From: the human T2T-CHM13v2.0 reference genome, Homo sapiens
DNA: 64,000 nt
Assembly (NCBI RefSeq): GCF_009914755.1
Contig: NC_060927.1
Strand: one strand, 5' to 3'
Positions within the stretch are counted from its first letter, which is position 1, and each line of letters opens with the position of its first letter. Positions 27,661-59,635 of the stretch are shown here, in pieces. Under the pieces are notes generated by a model. That model was not told the DNA's origin and searched no databases. It worked only from the letters and a program-made list of their open reading frames with translations. Position numbers and translations under genes: made by a program.

Positions 27661-28947
27661 CTGACAACCCTGACAAAAGCAAGCAATGGGAAAAGGATTC
27701 CATATTTAATAAATGGTGTTGGGAAACCTGGCTAGCCACATGCAGAAAACTGAAACTGGACCCCTTCCCTACACCTTACACAAAAATTAACTCAAGATGG
27801 ATTACAGACTTAAATGTTAGACCTAAAACCATAAAAACCCTAGAAGAAAACCTAGGCAATACCATTCAGGACATAGGCATGGGCAAGGACTTCACAACTA
27901 AAACACCAAAAGCAATGGCAACAAAAGCCAAAATTGACAAATGGGATCTAATTAAACTAAAGAGCTTCTGCACAGCAAAAGAAACTACCATCAGAGTGAA
28001 CAGGCAACCTACAGAATGGGAGAAGATTTTTGCAATCTATCCATCTGACAAAGGGCTAATATCCAGAATCTACAATGAACTTAAACAAATTTACAAGAAA
28101 AAAACAACCCCATCAAAAAGTGGGCAAAGGACATGAACAGACACTTCTCAGAAGAAGACATTTATGTGGCTGAAAAATACATGAACAAAAGCTCATCATC
28201 ACTGGTCACTAGAGAAATGCAAATCAAACCCTCAGTGAGATACCATCTCACACCAGTTAGAATGACAATCATTAAAAAGTCAGGAAACAACAGATGCTGG
28301 AGAGGATGTGGAGACATAGGAACGATTTTACACTGTTGGTGGGAGTGTAAATCAGTTCAACCATTGTGGAAGTCAGTGTGGCAATTCCTCAAGGATCTAG
28401 AACCAGAAATACCATTTGACCCAGCCATCCCATTACTGGGTATATACCCAAAGGATTATAAATCATTCTACTATAAAGACACACGCACACGTATGTTTAT
28501 TGCAGCACTAGTCACAATAGCAAAGAATTGCAACCAACCCAAATGCCCATCAGTGATAGACTAGATAAAGAAATGTGGCACATATAAACCACGGAATACT
28601 ATGCAGCCATAAAAAAGGATGAGTTCATGTCCTTTGCAGGGACATGGATGAAAATGGAAACCATCATTCTCAGCAAACTAACACAGGAACAGAAAACCAA
28701 ACACCACACGTTCTCACTCATAAGTGGGAATTGAACAATGAGAATGTATGGACACAGGGAGGAGAACATCACACACTGGGACCTGTCAGGGCGGGTGGGG
28801 GCCTAGGAGAGGGATAGCATTAGGAGAAACACCTAATGTAGATGATGCGTTGATGGGTGCAGCAAACTACCATGGCACGTGTATACCTGTGTAACAAACC
28901 TGCACGTTCTGCTCATGTATCCCAGAACTTAAAGTACAAAAAAAATA
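27661..28947 (+). mobile_element. 5'-truncated L1PA (ORF2 C-terminus, 3' UTR, A tail)
   Basis: ORF2 peptides [28 protein letters not shown] and [19 protein letters not shown]; degenerate TSD AAAAGTTTAGGATGT / AAAAGTCACAGGATGT. Confidence 0.93.
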
Positions 28948-29600
28948 TAAAAGTCACAGGATGTTTGTGATAGTATCTATTACACTGATGTTAACATCAC
29001 ATGGTTGACTATGTGGAGACTCCAAGTGAAATTTCTTGCAGTTGTCAGTGCCAGGAAAATCTGTATTTCTGGATAAAACTCAAAGAGTTTAGAAAAACAT
29101 TCAAGTTTCATAGTCTAGAGGTCTAACACTGGAATCTTTTCCAAATTTAAGGTTTAATGATTTTCTTAAATCTAAAAATAGTAGGTTGCAGATGTATTTA
29201 AACAGTGTGCCTAGGTAGTATGTTTATATATTAGGATTAAAATGCTCTTCTAAAGTTTACTAATTCTAACACAGCCTTTATTGTTTCATGGAGACATATC
29301 TTTCCGATTCCCAGGTTAATTTAAACAATTAATTCAAAGCAACTATTGACTTAGTTCTAGATTGGGATACCTATTTATGCATTTGAAGCCTTAGATATGT
29401 ATTTCAAATTAGAAACGTGTGCTGGTCATGGAAAGTTGTGACTGAGAGTCTCAGGTAAGTTTTGTTTCCATGTGAACACACTGCTTCCAATTAATGTTAT
29501 GCCCAGAGCAGACAATTAATAAACACCCTTTGAAGTGAATGAGTGATTAACTGCAAATATTACAATACATCTTCTTAGTGGGCATGATAATTGGACATAT

Positions 29601-32600
29601 TTAGTCCTTGCTGTGACCTAAGAAAGGAATTGTTTTCATTAAATGTTTAATGTTTCACCCTGTTCATACAGCTGGAGTTACTGATTCAGTTTGATGTGAA
29701 TTCAGTCTTATAAAAAACCCATCATTATAACCTGCACTTATGCTTCCTACAGTATCGGAACTTCCAACTTGTAGGCAAAATAGATATGCTTCATATTCTT
29801 AAAAACCACAAGAAATCTCCCTTTATTCAGAATAAACATAGAATTAGATATTCTATTAAACTGAACAATAGGACTCACTGGGAGTAACCACATACACTAT
29901 ACCACGCATTGCCCGAGTGTCTGAAAAGGTCACTGGACCATTTCGCTCCATGCTGTGCCACGGGCCAACCACGAGGGCTGTCAGTGACTCACTGCGTGGG
30001 CCACCCAGGGCATGTGGTGCTGAGGCTGTCGAAGAGCAAGACGAGGCTGTATTTAAACTCAGGCCTCTGCTAAGTGTCAGAACTTGGGCAAGATGCCATA
30101 CACTTTAGAGCCAGTTTCCTTTTCTATGACTGGGTTATAACACTCACCCTGTCAGGTTCTCGTGTGCGTTGACAAGGCCGGCATGTGACACACCAGGGGC
30201 AGAGCTGGACGGGAACCTTCTTCCTCAGACATCAGGGTCCTCATGAGCATCAACAAAATAAGGAGAGCTGTGTCAGGACTGCAGCAGGGACTCAGCAACA
30301 ATCATTTTCTTTCTCTTGTTTCATCCAAATCATACATTTAAAAAAATAGGTGGGGTTATCATTGATGTTTATATTGATTACTGGGATCAGACAAATACAC
30401 CTTTCCTTGTCATGCTGTTTTCTCTTCCCAGATGGTTTGAAGAGCTTCATTTTGGACTTGATACTCCTGGAATGCACATGAGAAACAGTAGCCAATGATT
30501 TGCACATTTCACAGCAGTGTAGCTCTTCATTCACAAACTCAGATAGAAAAAAAAAACAAAAAAACTTCTTGTATTTTCTAATGAGTTCAGTCTTGACCCT
30601 GAGCCATCTCCCCTCCAGAATGGCAGGACACTCCACTCCACCATTGTTGTGGGGCCACAATTTCACTAATCAAGGGCTCCTTGGCTTCTGAAAAATGGGA
30701 GATGCACCTCTAATAACCAGTCTAGATTGTCACTGCTCACTTCCTTATTTTCCAATTCCACAGGGGCCCCCAAAGCCCAGAAGATCTCATTTCCGGGCAT
30801 CTTATAGACCATGGGAACCTGGTAACACTGGGAACCCCGGGGCCAGCACCCACCTCATGTTCACCCTGTTTCCATCACCTTCTAGGCATTGCTACAGAGC
30901 AGTGTTGGGACCCACTGGAGATCTGACTGCTCCCAGCCTGGAAAACTGCCTTCTCTCTCTCCACTGAGCTCATGATATTTCTGCTTTCCGCCCCACAGAA
31001 ATCCTTGAATGAAGCACAAAAGGGACTGGTAGTTACCTGGTGTGAAGCAGAGCTGAGCCTATGGGAGGAAGCAATATTGCAATGGACTCTGTCATTGATG
31101 TCACTAGTGCACAAATCTGTTACCACTATGGTCAAATTTTTATATTCACTTTAAGATTATAACTCATTCTGCTCATTGTATTCAATGCAACATCTACCCC
31201 AAAAGATACTCAGGCTTTAATTTATGCTTTTCTGTTTACAAATGAGAATTCATCAGCAAATTGAGGTAGCAAGTAGATATTTAGATATTTTTTAAATTGA
31301 AGGCAAAACAGAAGACACATACACATACATCAGTGAAACAGAACAGAGAACCCAGAAACAGAATGAAATGCAGCCAACTGATTTCTGACAAAGGAGCAAA
31401 AGCAATTCAATGGAGAAAGGAGAGTCTTTTTAACAAATGGTTCTGGAACAAGTGGGCATCCACATGCAAAAAAAAAAGAATATGTAACAGACCTTATACT
31501 TTTTACAAAAGTTAATGCAAAGTAGATATTAGACCAATATATGAAATGTAAAATTTTCAAACTTCTAGAAGATAACATAAGGAAAAAAAATCTAGATAAC
31601 TTTGGATTTGGTGTTTTTTTTTTCAGATACAACACCAAAAGCATGATCCACAAAGAAAAAAATTGGGAAGTTTAATTTCATTAACATGAAAAACTTTTGT
31701 TTTCAAAAGATACTGTTAAGAGAATAAAAAGATAAATCACAGACTGCGAGAAAATATTTGCAAAATATATCTAAGGATTCATATCTGAAATACACAAAGA
31801 ACTCTTAAAACTCAACAATGAGAAAACAAACAAAACTGGGCAAAAGCTGAACAAATCTGCAGATGGAAACTAAGTATATGAAAAGATGCTGTGTATAATA
31901 TGTTATTAGGAATTGCCAATTAAGATGCAATAAGATACCACTACACACCTGTTAGAATGGCCACAATCCACAAGAATGAAAGCACCAAATGCTGGTGAGG
32001 ATGTGGAGCAATGAGAACTCTCATTCATTGCTGTGGGAATGCAAAATGGCACAGCCACTTTGGAAGACAGTTTGGCAGTTTTTACAAAGCTCACATAGTC
32101 TTGTCATAAGATTTAACAATTGTGTTCCTCATTATTTACCCAATGGAGTTGAAGAGTTATATCCACACACAAACTTGCACACAAATGTTTATAGAAATGT
32201 GGGCAGCAAGCCACCCAGGTGCCGATGTAAGAGACCGAGGGCACGAGCTGTTCCAGTGTAATAAAATATGTAAAATAACAAGAGTTATACTAGATCTAGA
32301 TCATAGACATGATTATCTATGAATATCATTCATCATTAGTTTGTAGCAATTACTCTTTATTCCAATATTATAATAACCCTCGCTCTATAATCATAACCCA
32401 GGAAAAGCCAGGCCATACAGAGATAGGAGCTGAGGGGACATAGTGAGGAGTGACCAGAAGACAAGGGTGCGAGCCTTCTGTTATGGCCGGACCGGGCCAC
32501 CAGAGGGCTCCTTGGTCTAGCGGTAACGCCAGTGCCTGGGAAGACGCCCGTTGCCAAGCGGACTGTGGTCTAGTGGTAGCGTCAGTGTCAAGGAAAAACA

Positions 32601-35600
32601 CCCGCTACCTAGCAGACCGGGAAAGGGAGTCTCCCTTTCCCCGGGGGAGTTTAGAGAAGACTCTACTCCTCCACCTTTTGTGGAGGGCCTGACATGAGTC
32701 AGGCCCGCCTGCAGTTATCCGGAGGCCTAACCGTCTCCCTGTGATGCTGTGCTTCAGTGGTCACGCTCCTGGTCCGCTCTCATGTTCCACTCTGCACACC
32801 TGGCTCTGCCTTCTAGATAGCAGTAGCAAATTAGTGAAAGTATTAAAGTCTTTGATCTTTCTGAAAAGAGCATAGAAAAAATAATGGCATAAGCTGTCCT
32901 CTCTGTCTCTCTGACTCGGCTGCCAAACAGGGAAGGGCCCCCTGTCTGGTGGACACATGACTCCGTGACCTTATCAATCAGTTGGATGACTCACAGTCTT
33001 TACCCTGCCCCTTTTGCTTTGTATCCAATAAATAACAGCGCAGCCTGGCATTCGGGGCCACTACTGGTCTCTGCGTCTTGGTGGTAGTGGTCCCCCGGTC
33101 CCAGCTGTCTTTTCTTTTATCTCTTTGTCTTGTGTCTCTTTTTCTACAATCTCTCATCTCTGCACATGGGGAGAAAAAACCCACAAACCCTGTAGGGCTG
33201 GCACCTACATAGAAGCTTTATTCAGAATTACCAGAAACGAGGTGACCAACATGTCCTTCAGTAGGTGAATTGAGAAATAAATTCTGGTACCTACAGACAA
33301 TGGAATATCATTCAGTGAGAAAAGAAATGAGCTATCAAGTCATGAAAAGGCATACAGGGACCCAAAATGCACATTACTAAGTGAAAGAAGCCAAAAAGGC
33401 TACATACTGTAAGATTCCAATTATGTGACATTTTGGAAAAGGAAAAACTACATAGAGAGTAAAATATCTATGTAATTACGTGACATTTTGGAAAAGGGAA
33501 AATTACATAGATAGTAAAATAATCAGTGGTCGACAGGGGTTGGGGAGAGGAAAGGATGGATGGGCAGAGAGCCCCGGATGTTTAGGGCAGTGAGATCACT
33601 GTGTGCGATTTCACCACAACGGTGGACCCACGACAGTGTGCAGATGCCAACACCCACTGAACGCAGACCACAAAAAGGTATTAATTACATAAACTATGAA
33701 CTTTCATAATGAAGTAAATCATGTTTTAAAAAAGTAGACAGTTTTTTTTTTCAGTTATTGTCTACTTTCTGAAATGGAGATAGCGGAGTGCTTCCATGGT
33801 TGTGAGGATAAAAATAGCTTAGAGAATGTAATAACTAAAATAGGTGTGTAAACATTGTTAAACTATTTTATCCTCATTAAATATATTTGTAACTTTTTAC
33901 AACTGAGCGAGTAGTGCAAACACATTAACATAATTCTCCTGTAGCTCCACTCAGAAGTCAGGACTGCAGGGCTTCAGTGCAGGGCCACACAGCTCCACAC
34001 GCACCTGCCAAACGCAACAGCCTCTTTCAGCGTCATTAAAATATTTCAACAGGAGGACTGAGTTTAGACTCAACCTGTGTTTTCTCCCCTGGAAAACGAA
34101 GGTTTCATGAAGCAAGGAAGGTCTTTACTGTCCTCATCCAAAACGCTGAGGCATCTGTGATGTCTGCTGTAAGTGCCACCAGGCTCTCCGCTGAAATCTC
34201 GCAACGGGAAAATAGAGACCGTAGATTCTGCTTTTAGAAAGGGGAGAATCAGAAGTAATGTGGAAATGCCATGTCCTCGTTCATAAACATCTTCTTTTAC
34301 AAATTCCACAAGTTTAGTTACTTTGGGATTAATATGGGCTTATCTTAAAGTGCGTTTATTAACTTAGCGTGAGTTGTTCAAATGCATTCTGGATCCTGAG
34401 CCGACATCCAGCAATGCTGAGTGTGCGCCTGTGTGAGTCACCAGCCCTGATGAGCCTCAGGTTATTGTGTTCGTAAAATGAAGGGGCTTAGGCTTGCTGC
34501 GATTTTTTAAAAACCATTTTTAACAGTAAAAATTTTTTTCTTGCTACATAAAAATGTACAAGAAAAACTCAGACATTACCAATGATAAATTATAATTTTA
34601 TTAATATAAATATTTTTGTGAGCTCAATTTATATGACTTAGTTATTATAAAAGAAATAAGCAATATGAGGTGGCCATTACCATCCTGTCCCGTTTTATTT
34701 TGTTCATATGCTATTGATAAATCTTGATGTATACAGAAAAGTAGTTTCAAAGAATAATAATTTTTAAAAAGGACTTGTAATTTCAAGAGACTTTAAAAAA
34801 AATCTGCAATTGCTTTTTAAAGGTTCTAAAACAGTTTTCTATGCCTTAAAGCTAAATAACTACAAAGAGCTCACTCTTCTCACATTCTGTATTATAAATA
34901 TGTAAGTCAGAGAAACAACAGACAAAATCATAAAAACACATGCATGAACAAATGGGCCTTGGTTTACATTTAATTGGATCTTGCAATACACATGGGTTAT
35001 AGTAGTATTTCTGTGTGTAATTTTACACGAGTGGATTGCTATCAAAATAAAAATTGTCTACAATCTCTTTTCAGTGGTAAATTTGCACAAATGGTAAACA
35101 TACACATAGAGATAGTGGGAGAAATTTATTTCGTGGCTTGCAAGAAGACAGGTTAAGTTGGGACATTTAATTGTTTCATTAATGCTACATTTTAAATGCA
35201 CTTGTATGGGCATGGTATTTTAATGTATTATTATGACTTTTAAATGCTCAGTGTTACAGATGGAATATTAGAGCAAGTACTAACTTATATCTTCTTTGTG
35301 TGTGCTTTGGAGGCATCAGGAAATAAAGCAGCCCTTTTCCCTTTTCCCAGAAGCTGTGCTTCTGCAGATTAGATCTCTCTGTAACACACACACACCCATG
35401 CACGCATGAGCGCACACACACGCACACACACACGAGCACACACACGCACGCGCACGCACACACATGCACACACACGCACAACACACACGCACACGCACAC
35501 ACACGTGCACACATACACCCAATATAGCCTTTAGGGTTAAAAGGAGGAAAAGAGAATTTGCCTGGATAACTCTTACCCAGGTATTTTCTGGGGAGATCTA

Positions 35601-37801
35601 GAATAATCTAAGGGGGTAAGCTGGACTAGCCAATGGGAAATCAAAACGAAGATACTGGAGAGATGTTCCCAGAAGAGGAGCATTCCTAATGGGCTTGGCC
35701 CTAGTCACATGCAATTCCCCAGATGTGGTTGGTGTGGCCAAGGTTCCAGCATTTGTCAGCTGCTTTCTTGCCACTTCTTGTGCTGTGAGGAGTATCCCCT
35801 CCCCAATGCCAGAGGCAGTCGTCCTCTAACCCCCTTCAGAGTAAAGGGCCAGCAATTGGCAGTCACAGGAAAAGTAGTGAGACAGGAAGGTGCGGAGCAT
35901 GAAGTCCCACCATACCGGCCTCCAGTGTCTGGCACAGAATATGACGAGGAACCTCCGTGAATTGGAATCTTCCACATCTTGATATATGGGAGTTTCTGCT
36001 AGATATAATTTGACTTAAAAAAGAAAGAAATATGACCTTCTTCACCTAAATATTGTAGAAGAGGTAATGATTGCAACCTGGATGTTTTACATTCTGAGAT
36101 GCTATTAAACCAATATTCATCACAAATGTATTGATAATTTTTTAGAAGAACAGAAGAGATCCCATCATATTAAATGAAGTGTATCAATTATAAGATGCAT
36201 GCTAACTCCAGAAAAAGCAAAGCATGAAAAAAATCTGTCTTAGAATGGAAAAATACAGTAGTTAAACTATTTTTAACTGGAATTTAAATGCAACATTTTA
36301 GGATATGAAGCTGTCAACTCATTTTGAAAACTGCTGGCTCAGATGACCTCAGCGATAGGAAACCTCTAAAAGATCATGAATCTAATCAGGTAATTTTCTG
36401 TGCCTTTGCCTGAGAGTCTAGCTGAAAGTGGTGCAGTTTTTACAGAAGAGGAATAACGTGTCCCGAACTGGGAACCCTTCACCGGCCACCACTCCAGGCG
36501 GCGCTTCACTGTGGAGTTTTGGTCGCCAGAGGGCTCCAGGGGACTGCTGGGGAAGGCCAGGACATGGAAGAGGGCCTAGAGCCAGGGTTACCCGGGAGGG
36601 GGTGGACCCATTTTGCCAAGCACCTGAGGACCATACCGTACAGGATCCTCTCAAAACCACCCGCACACTAGGTGGGAATAAAGGATAAGAGAAATTAATG
36701 TGTGCTTAGCATGTGAGAGCTGACATTCAGAGTCAGCCTGAGCAAAGAGATTCATACGGAAGGACGACGCGCATGTTGTGAGACAAAGAACACCCAATTA
36801 TAAGATAGAAAACCTCGGTTCTGGGAAATTCCTGAACCTGTTTGCCCATCCATGAAAGAGTAAGAATGATACTACCTTCTCCACCTTTTTCTTGTAACAG
36901 AACTGCCCGTTTCTTTCGTGCCCACAGCTAAGTGTTTAATAGGAACAATGTGACAAATATAAGGTCATTGCTCTTACACAAAAGGTTCAAGAAAACTGAG
37001 AAAGATCTAAAAATTCCCAAAGGAATGATTTTTCAAAGTACAACATCTTAATTTACATAGAGAGAAATAATACATTTTGTCTCAAATAAAGATTTGGCCA
37101 CATCCTAAGTATAGCATTGAAGAGCAGTTAAGCTATTTCTTCAAAGAAAATATACCAAAATTAAACCTGTACTTTTTGAGCGTGAATTCTAACACACAAA
37201 CCTGGTGCAATATATTTAAAACAAAGCAGAGATTAATTAATTAATTAATGATTCCCCATCACCATTTTCAGAAAACCCAGTAACTTAGTGCCTTAAGATG
37301 TTCAAATCATCCCAAAAACTTGAGTTACTAAATATTTTCAAAACCCTTTCTCAAGCTTTGCTATTCTAGCTTTAGTTGGAAGAAGAAGCTTCCAAGTTAA
37401 AGATGGTAGACGAAATACTGACCCAGTTGTGTCCTTTCCCTCCTGAGAAACCATGGTGGCTATCCACGATGGAGAGAGAGCAGCGGAGACAAAAAGTGAT
37501 TTGATGGCCTCGCATCCGTGAGAAGGAGCATCATCTGTGGACCTTCCTGGGGGTGAGGGGCAGAGAAGTGAGGCAGGCATCAGAAAACAGGAGGGTCGAT
37601 TAAAATCTGTACATTGACAGTCAACCCTCATTATCCTCCCTCACCGATGCCAGCACCCCACCCCTCGGGTAACCAGTGAGTAGAACACCAACAACCAACA
37701 AGCAAGCAGCTGCCTTCCAGAGAGGAGAGGAGAAGGTTTTCTCCAGAGGAAGGAAACCATCCAGACCAAAGGCATCACTTACTAACATGCGGAAACCCCA
37801 T
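29601..37801 (-). CDS. Candidate unannotated 9-exon coding gene or intact gene remnant, 212 aa (exons 37801-37783, 37546-37423, 36013-35916, 34227-34075, 31058-31037, 30466-30401, 29952-29879, 29797-29732, 29617-29601)
   Basis: Manual splice reconstruction: all introns GT-AG, all eight junctions phase-compatible, 639 nt ATG to TAA without internal stop, AATAAA ~320 nt downstream (29282-29277). No family recognised; some splice sites weak. Confidence 0.4.
31290..33720 (+). mobile_element. Old L1M(C) ORF2 end and 3' UTR, split by LTR13
   Basis: ORF2-like [20 protein letters not shown]; L1MC-type 3' UTR at 33300-33720. Confidence 0.75.
32198..33209 (+). mobile_element. Solo LTR13 inserted in an old L1
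   Basis: TGTGGGCAGCAAGCCACCCAGG...GGGCTGGCACCTACA; TSD TAGAAA/TAGAAG; homologous to 2952-3968 in the opposite orientation. Confidence 0.88.
35384..35519. repeat. (CA/CG)n alternating purine-pyrimidine tract
   Basis: Directly visible. Confidence 0.9.
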
Positions 37802-37822
37802 CGACTCCCCGAAGCAAAACCT

Positions 37823-38501
37823 CTAGACGAGCCTTTCACTAATGATAACACACTCATTCTCCTTCACGTGTTACTATTAAATGTGAACAGTGAAGAATCA
37901 CCACCTAGACGAGCCTTTCACTAATGATAACACACTCATTCTCCTTCATGTGTTACTATTAAATGTGAACAGTGAAGAATCACCACCTAGACGAGCCTTT
38001 CACTAATGATAACACAGACTCATTCTCCTTCTTCACGTGTCACTATTAAATGTGAACAGTGAAGAATCACCATCTAGATGAGCCTTTCACTAATGATAAC
38101 ACAGACTCATTCTCCTTCTTCACGTGTCACTATTAAATGTGAACAGTGAAGAATCACCATCTAGACGAGCCTTTCACTAATGATAACACAGACTCATTCT
38201 CCTTCATGTGTTACTATTAAATGTGAACAGTGAAGAATCACCACCTAGACGAGCCTTTCACTAATGATAACACAGACTCATTCTCCTTCATGTGTTACTA
38301 TTAAATGTGAACAATGAAGAATCACCATCTAGACAAGCCTTTCACTAATGATAACACAGACTCATTCTCCTTCTTCACGTGTCACTATTAAATGTGAACA
38401 GTGAAGAATCACCATCTAGACGAGCCTTTCACTAATGATAACACAGACTCATTCTCCTTCTTCACGTGTCACTATTAAATGTGAACAATGAAGAATCACC
38501 A
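37823..38501. repeat. VNTR, 8 units of 82-87 bp
   Basis: CTAGAC/TGAGCCTTTCACTAATGATAAC... recurs at 37823, 37905, 37987, 38074, 38161, 38245, 38329, 38416. Confidence 0.97.
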
Positions 38502-38668
38502 GACATTGAAGGGAAACCCATCTCAATGGGAAAAAAGACCAAGGTAAACCAGCAGGCGGAATGATTGTTGAGAACCTAACATCATAGCAAAATAAGAAAT
38601 AAGAGTTTTATATTATCATTCACTTAGTGGCACTGTCTGAGGTTTCACTATACAAATATATTGCTTTG

Positions 38669-38692
38669 ATATGTGTGTGTATATATACATAC

Positions 38693-38753
<61 letters not shown>

Positions 38754-38968
38754 TTTTCTGAGTCTCGCTTTGTTGCCCAGACTGGAGTACAGTGGTGTAA
38801 TCTTGGTTCACTGCAACCAAGGTCTCCCGGGTTCAAGCGATTCTCCTGCCAATTTTCATCTTTTAAGTGGAGACAGGGTTTTGCCATGTTGGCCAGGCTG
38901 GTCTCAAACTTCTGACCTCAGGTGATCTGCCCGCCTTGACCTCCCAAAGTGCTGGGATTATAGGCATG
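38669..38968 (-). mobile_element. (TA)n plus internally deleted antisense Alu
   Basis: TA run, poly-T, then an Alu lacking the segment between CTCCTGCC and AATTTT. Confidence 0.85.
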
Positions 38969-39206
38969 ATAGAGTTTTAACTATTAGAAGAAACCAGAGG
39001 AAGCTACCATTGGAATAGATGAAACATCAGCAATACATTAAAATATCAGCAATTTCACATGTTCGAGATTACTTTTAAAAAATAAAAAGAGAACAGAATT
39101 GATTTAGTTTCTAGGCCAGCAACCAAGGAAAAAGCAAGGAATGGAAGATTTTATAATCGCATAACAATAGCAAGATCTTACATTTCTATTGAGCTTTAAA
39201 GATTAC

Positions 39207-43815
<4,609 letters not shown>

Positions 43816-43836
43816 AAATTTTTTAAAAAGTGGTGG

Positions 43837-54910
<11,074 letters not shown>

Positions 54911-54911
54911 T

Positions 54912-55586
<675 letters not shown>

Positions 55587-55652
55587 CAACAAGAGCAAAA
55601 CTCCAAGTCAAAAACAAAACAAAAAAAAATTGAGACTTGTTTTACCACCCAA

Positions 55653-56023
55653 TGTATTAGTCCATTCTCACATTGCTTTAAAGAACTACCTGAGACTGGG
55701 TAATTCATAAAGAAAAGAGGTTTAATTGGCTCATGGTTCCGCCGGCTACACGGGAAGCATGACTGGGGAGGCCTCAGGGACTGCGCCATCATGGCAGAAG
55801 GCAGAGGGGAAGCAGGCGCATCCCACACGGCTGGAGAAGGAGGAAGACAGCAAAGGCGCTGCGCACTCTCAAACTACCCGATCTCGTGGGATCTACCATG
55901 ACAGCAGCAAGGGGGCATTCCGCCCCCGTGATCCAACCACCTCCCACCAGGCCCCCTCCTCCAACACTGGGGATTACGATTTGACCTAAGATTTGGGCAG
56001 GGACACAAATCCAAACCGTATCA
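55653..56023 (-). mobile_element. MST (MaLR) solo LTR
   Basis: TGTATTAGTCCATTCTCACATTGCT...CCAAACCGTATCA; 5-bp TSD CCCAA/CCCAG. Confidence 0.85.
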
Positions 56024-57275
56024 CCCAGTATATGGTCTATCTTGCTGAATATACCACATATACCTAAAAAAAGTATATTTTGCAGTTGTTGAATGTGGTG
56101 TTCTACAAATGTCAAGTAGATTGAGGTGGCTGATACAGTGGTTCAAATAATTTGTCCTGATTTTTTTGGTCTAGCTTCTCTATTTACTGCTAAGAAATGG
56201 GTGTTAAAATCTATTTTAATGGCAGAATTTTCATTTCTTTTTCATGTATTTTAAGGTGCATACGTATTTATAAGTCTGCTATCTTCCTGAATGGCTCTCT
56301 TTACAATTATAAAATATTCCTATCTTTACGGTACTATCTGTTCAAAGTCTATTTAATCTTATATTTATATAACCATTCCAGTCATAGTATGCTAGTGTAC
56401 ATATTGTATTTTTTCCCCTTTCAATTCATCTGTCTTTAAAGTTTCTTATAGGCAGCATATAAATGGGCCTTGATTGTTTTTTAATCATCAGTCTTGATTA
56501 GAATGTTAACATGTCAATAATGTAATTATTGATATGGCTGGACTCAGCATGCCACTTCACCAGTTTTTTTGTTTGTTCCTCTTTTGGTTCCTGCCAATTC
56601 TTTCCCTTTTGAGGTCACTTCTCCAAGTTTTACTCCCCTCCACTGTTTGCCTACCTTTGTTTACATCTCAGGTTTGGGAGAGTTTTCCCCCCGTCTTACT
56701 GAGCTTCTGGCTGTAAGCAGCAGGAGGGATAGGTTGTAGGAGGCTTATGTGGTGACTGTGGAACCAGAGCCCCCATATATGCTTTTAGGAAGATCTGGTA
56801 TAGAATTCTCATTTATGCACAGACAACTTTGAAAATGTACATAAGAAATCGGTAAATGACCAGGCCCAGTGGCTCACACCTGTAATCCCAGCACTTTGGG
56901 AGGCTGAGGCAGGTGTATTACTTCAGTCCAGGAGTTTGAGACCAGCCTGGGTAATAAGGCAAAACCCCATCTCTCAAAAAATACAAAAATTAGCTTAGCT
57001 GGGCATGGTGTTGCCTGTCTGTAGTCCCAGCTACTCTCAGGAGGCTTAGGTAGGATAGCTGGAATCCAGGAGGCGGAGGTTGCAGCAAGCTGAAATCATG
57101 CCACTGCAATCCAGCCTGGGTGACAAGAGCGAGACCATCTCAAAATAAAAAAAGAAAAATTGGTAATTGTGGAGATTTAGAGGGATGACAACTCTGGAGA
57201 CTAAGAGGAAAATACTTTTTAATACAGACTTTTCTGCACTTTGACCGTATGTGAATATTTTCAAAAAAGGCATTA

Positions 57276-57601
<326 letters not shown>

Positions 57602-58099
57602 AAAATTATACAAAGCTGTCCATTTGGGGTGGATTAAGCATGAGGCAGCTTAAAGGGCAAATGCAGCAAACTGCAAAGGCTTTATTTAACTCAGCACCTA
57701 AACCTGTTGACAGCCACAAGGAAGACATTGGTATCTGATATTGAATTCTAGGCAAAGCTGTCTTGCAGATAACCAGGTGTTTTACAAATATTTGTTTAGG
57801 ACAGCTTCCTAACCCATGACCTTTCACATAGGCAGTTTCTCCCGTAGAATACAGCAGTTTAATAATCATCTTGCTTCTCAAGGGTATGAATGTGGCTAAT
57901 TTGGACACGGGAAAGCTGGGGCATAGGTGAGGCAATTAGGCTTCCAATTCTAGGGGCCACAATTTTCGTGGCCATACTTAAGAATCCTGGCTGGCACTCA
58001 TAGCAATGAGATTCAATTGTGTGATGGATTTTTTGGTAACCACACGGTAGAAGGCCAAAATAAGAAAACTCTCAACAATTACGCCTTTTGCTATAGAGC

Positions 58100-59590
<1,491 letters not shown>

Positions 59591-59629
59591 AAATTTATCT
59601 AAAGAAATGACAACTCAGTGTTTAAGTAT

Positions 59630-59635
59630 TTTATT
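59630..59635 (-). terminator. TFRC polyadenylation signal AATAAA
   Basis: TTTATT on + strand just before old L1 sequence begins. Confidence 0.8.

Noticed and set aside
27657-28564. L1 ORF2-like ORFs (also 40629-41039, 42717-43058) as active retrotransposon genes
   Set aside because: 5'-truncated and frameshifted.
35577-36013. Longer version of candidate exon 3 using the GTAAGA donor at 35576
   Set aside because: Contains stops in all frames; it could be an alternative non-coding form, which adds uncertainty to the gene model.
37823-38501. 82-87 bp repeat as a C2H2 zinc-finger (84-bp) coding array
   Set aside because: No CxxC...HxxxH pattern or long ORF, and unit length varies out of frame.
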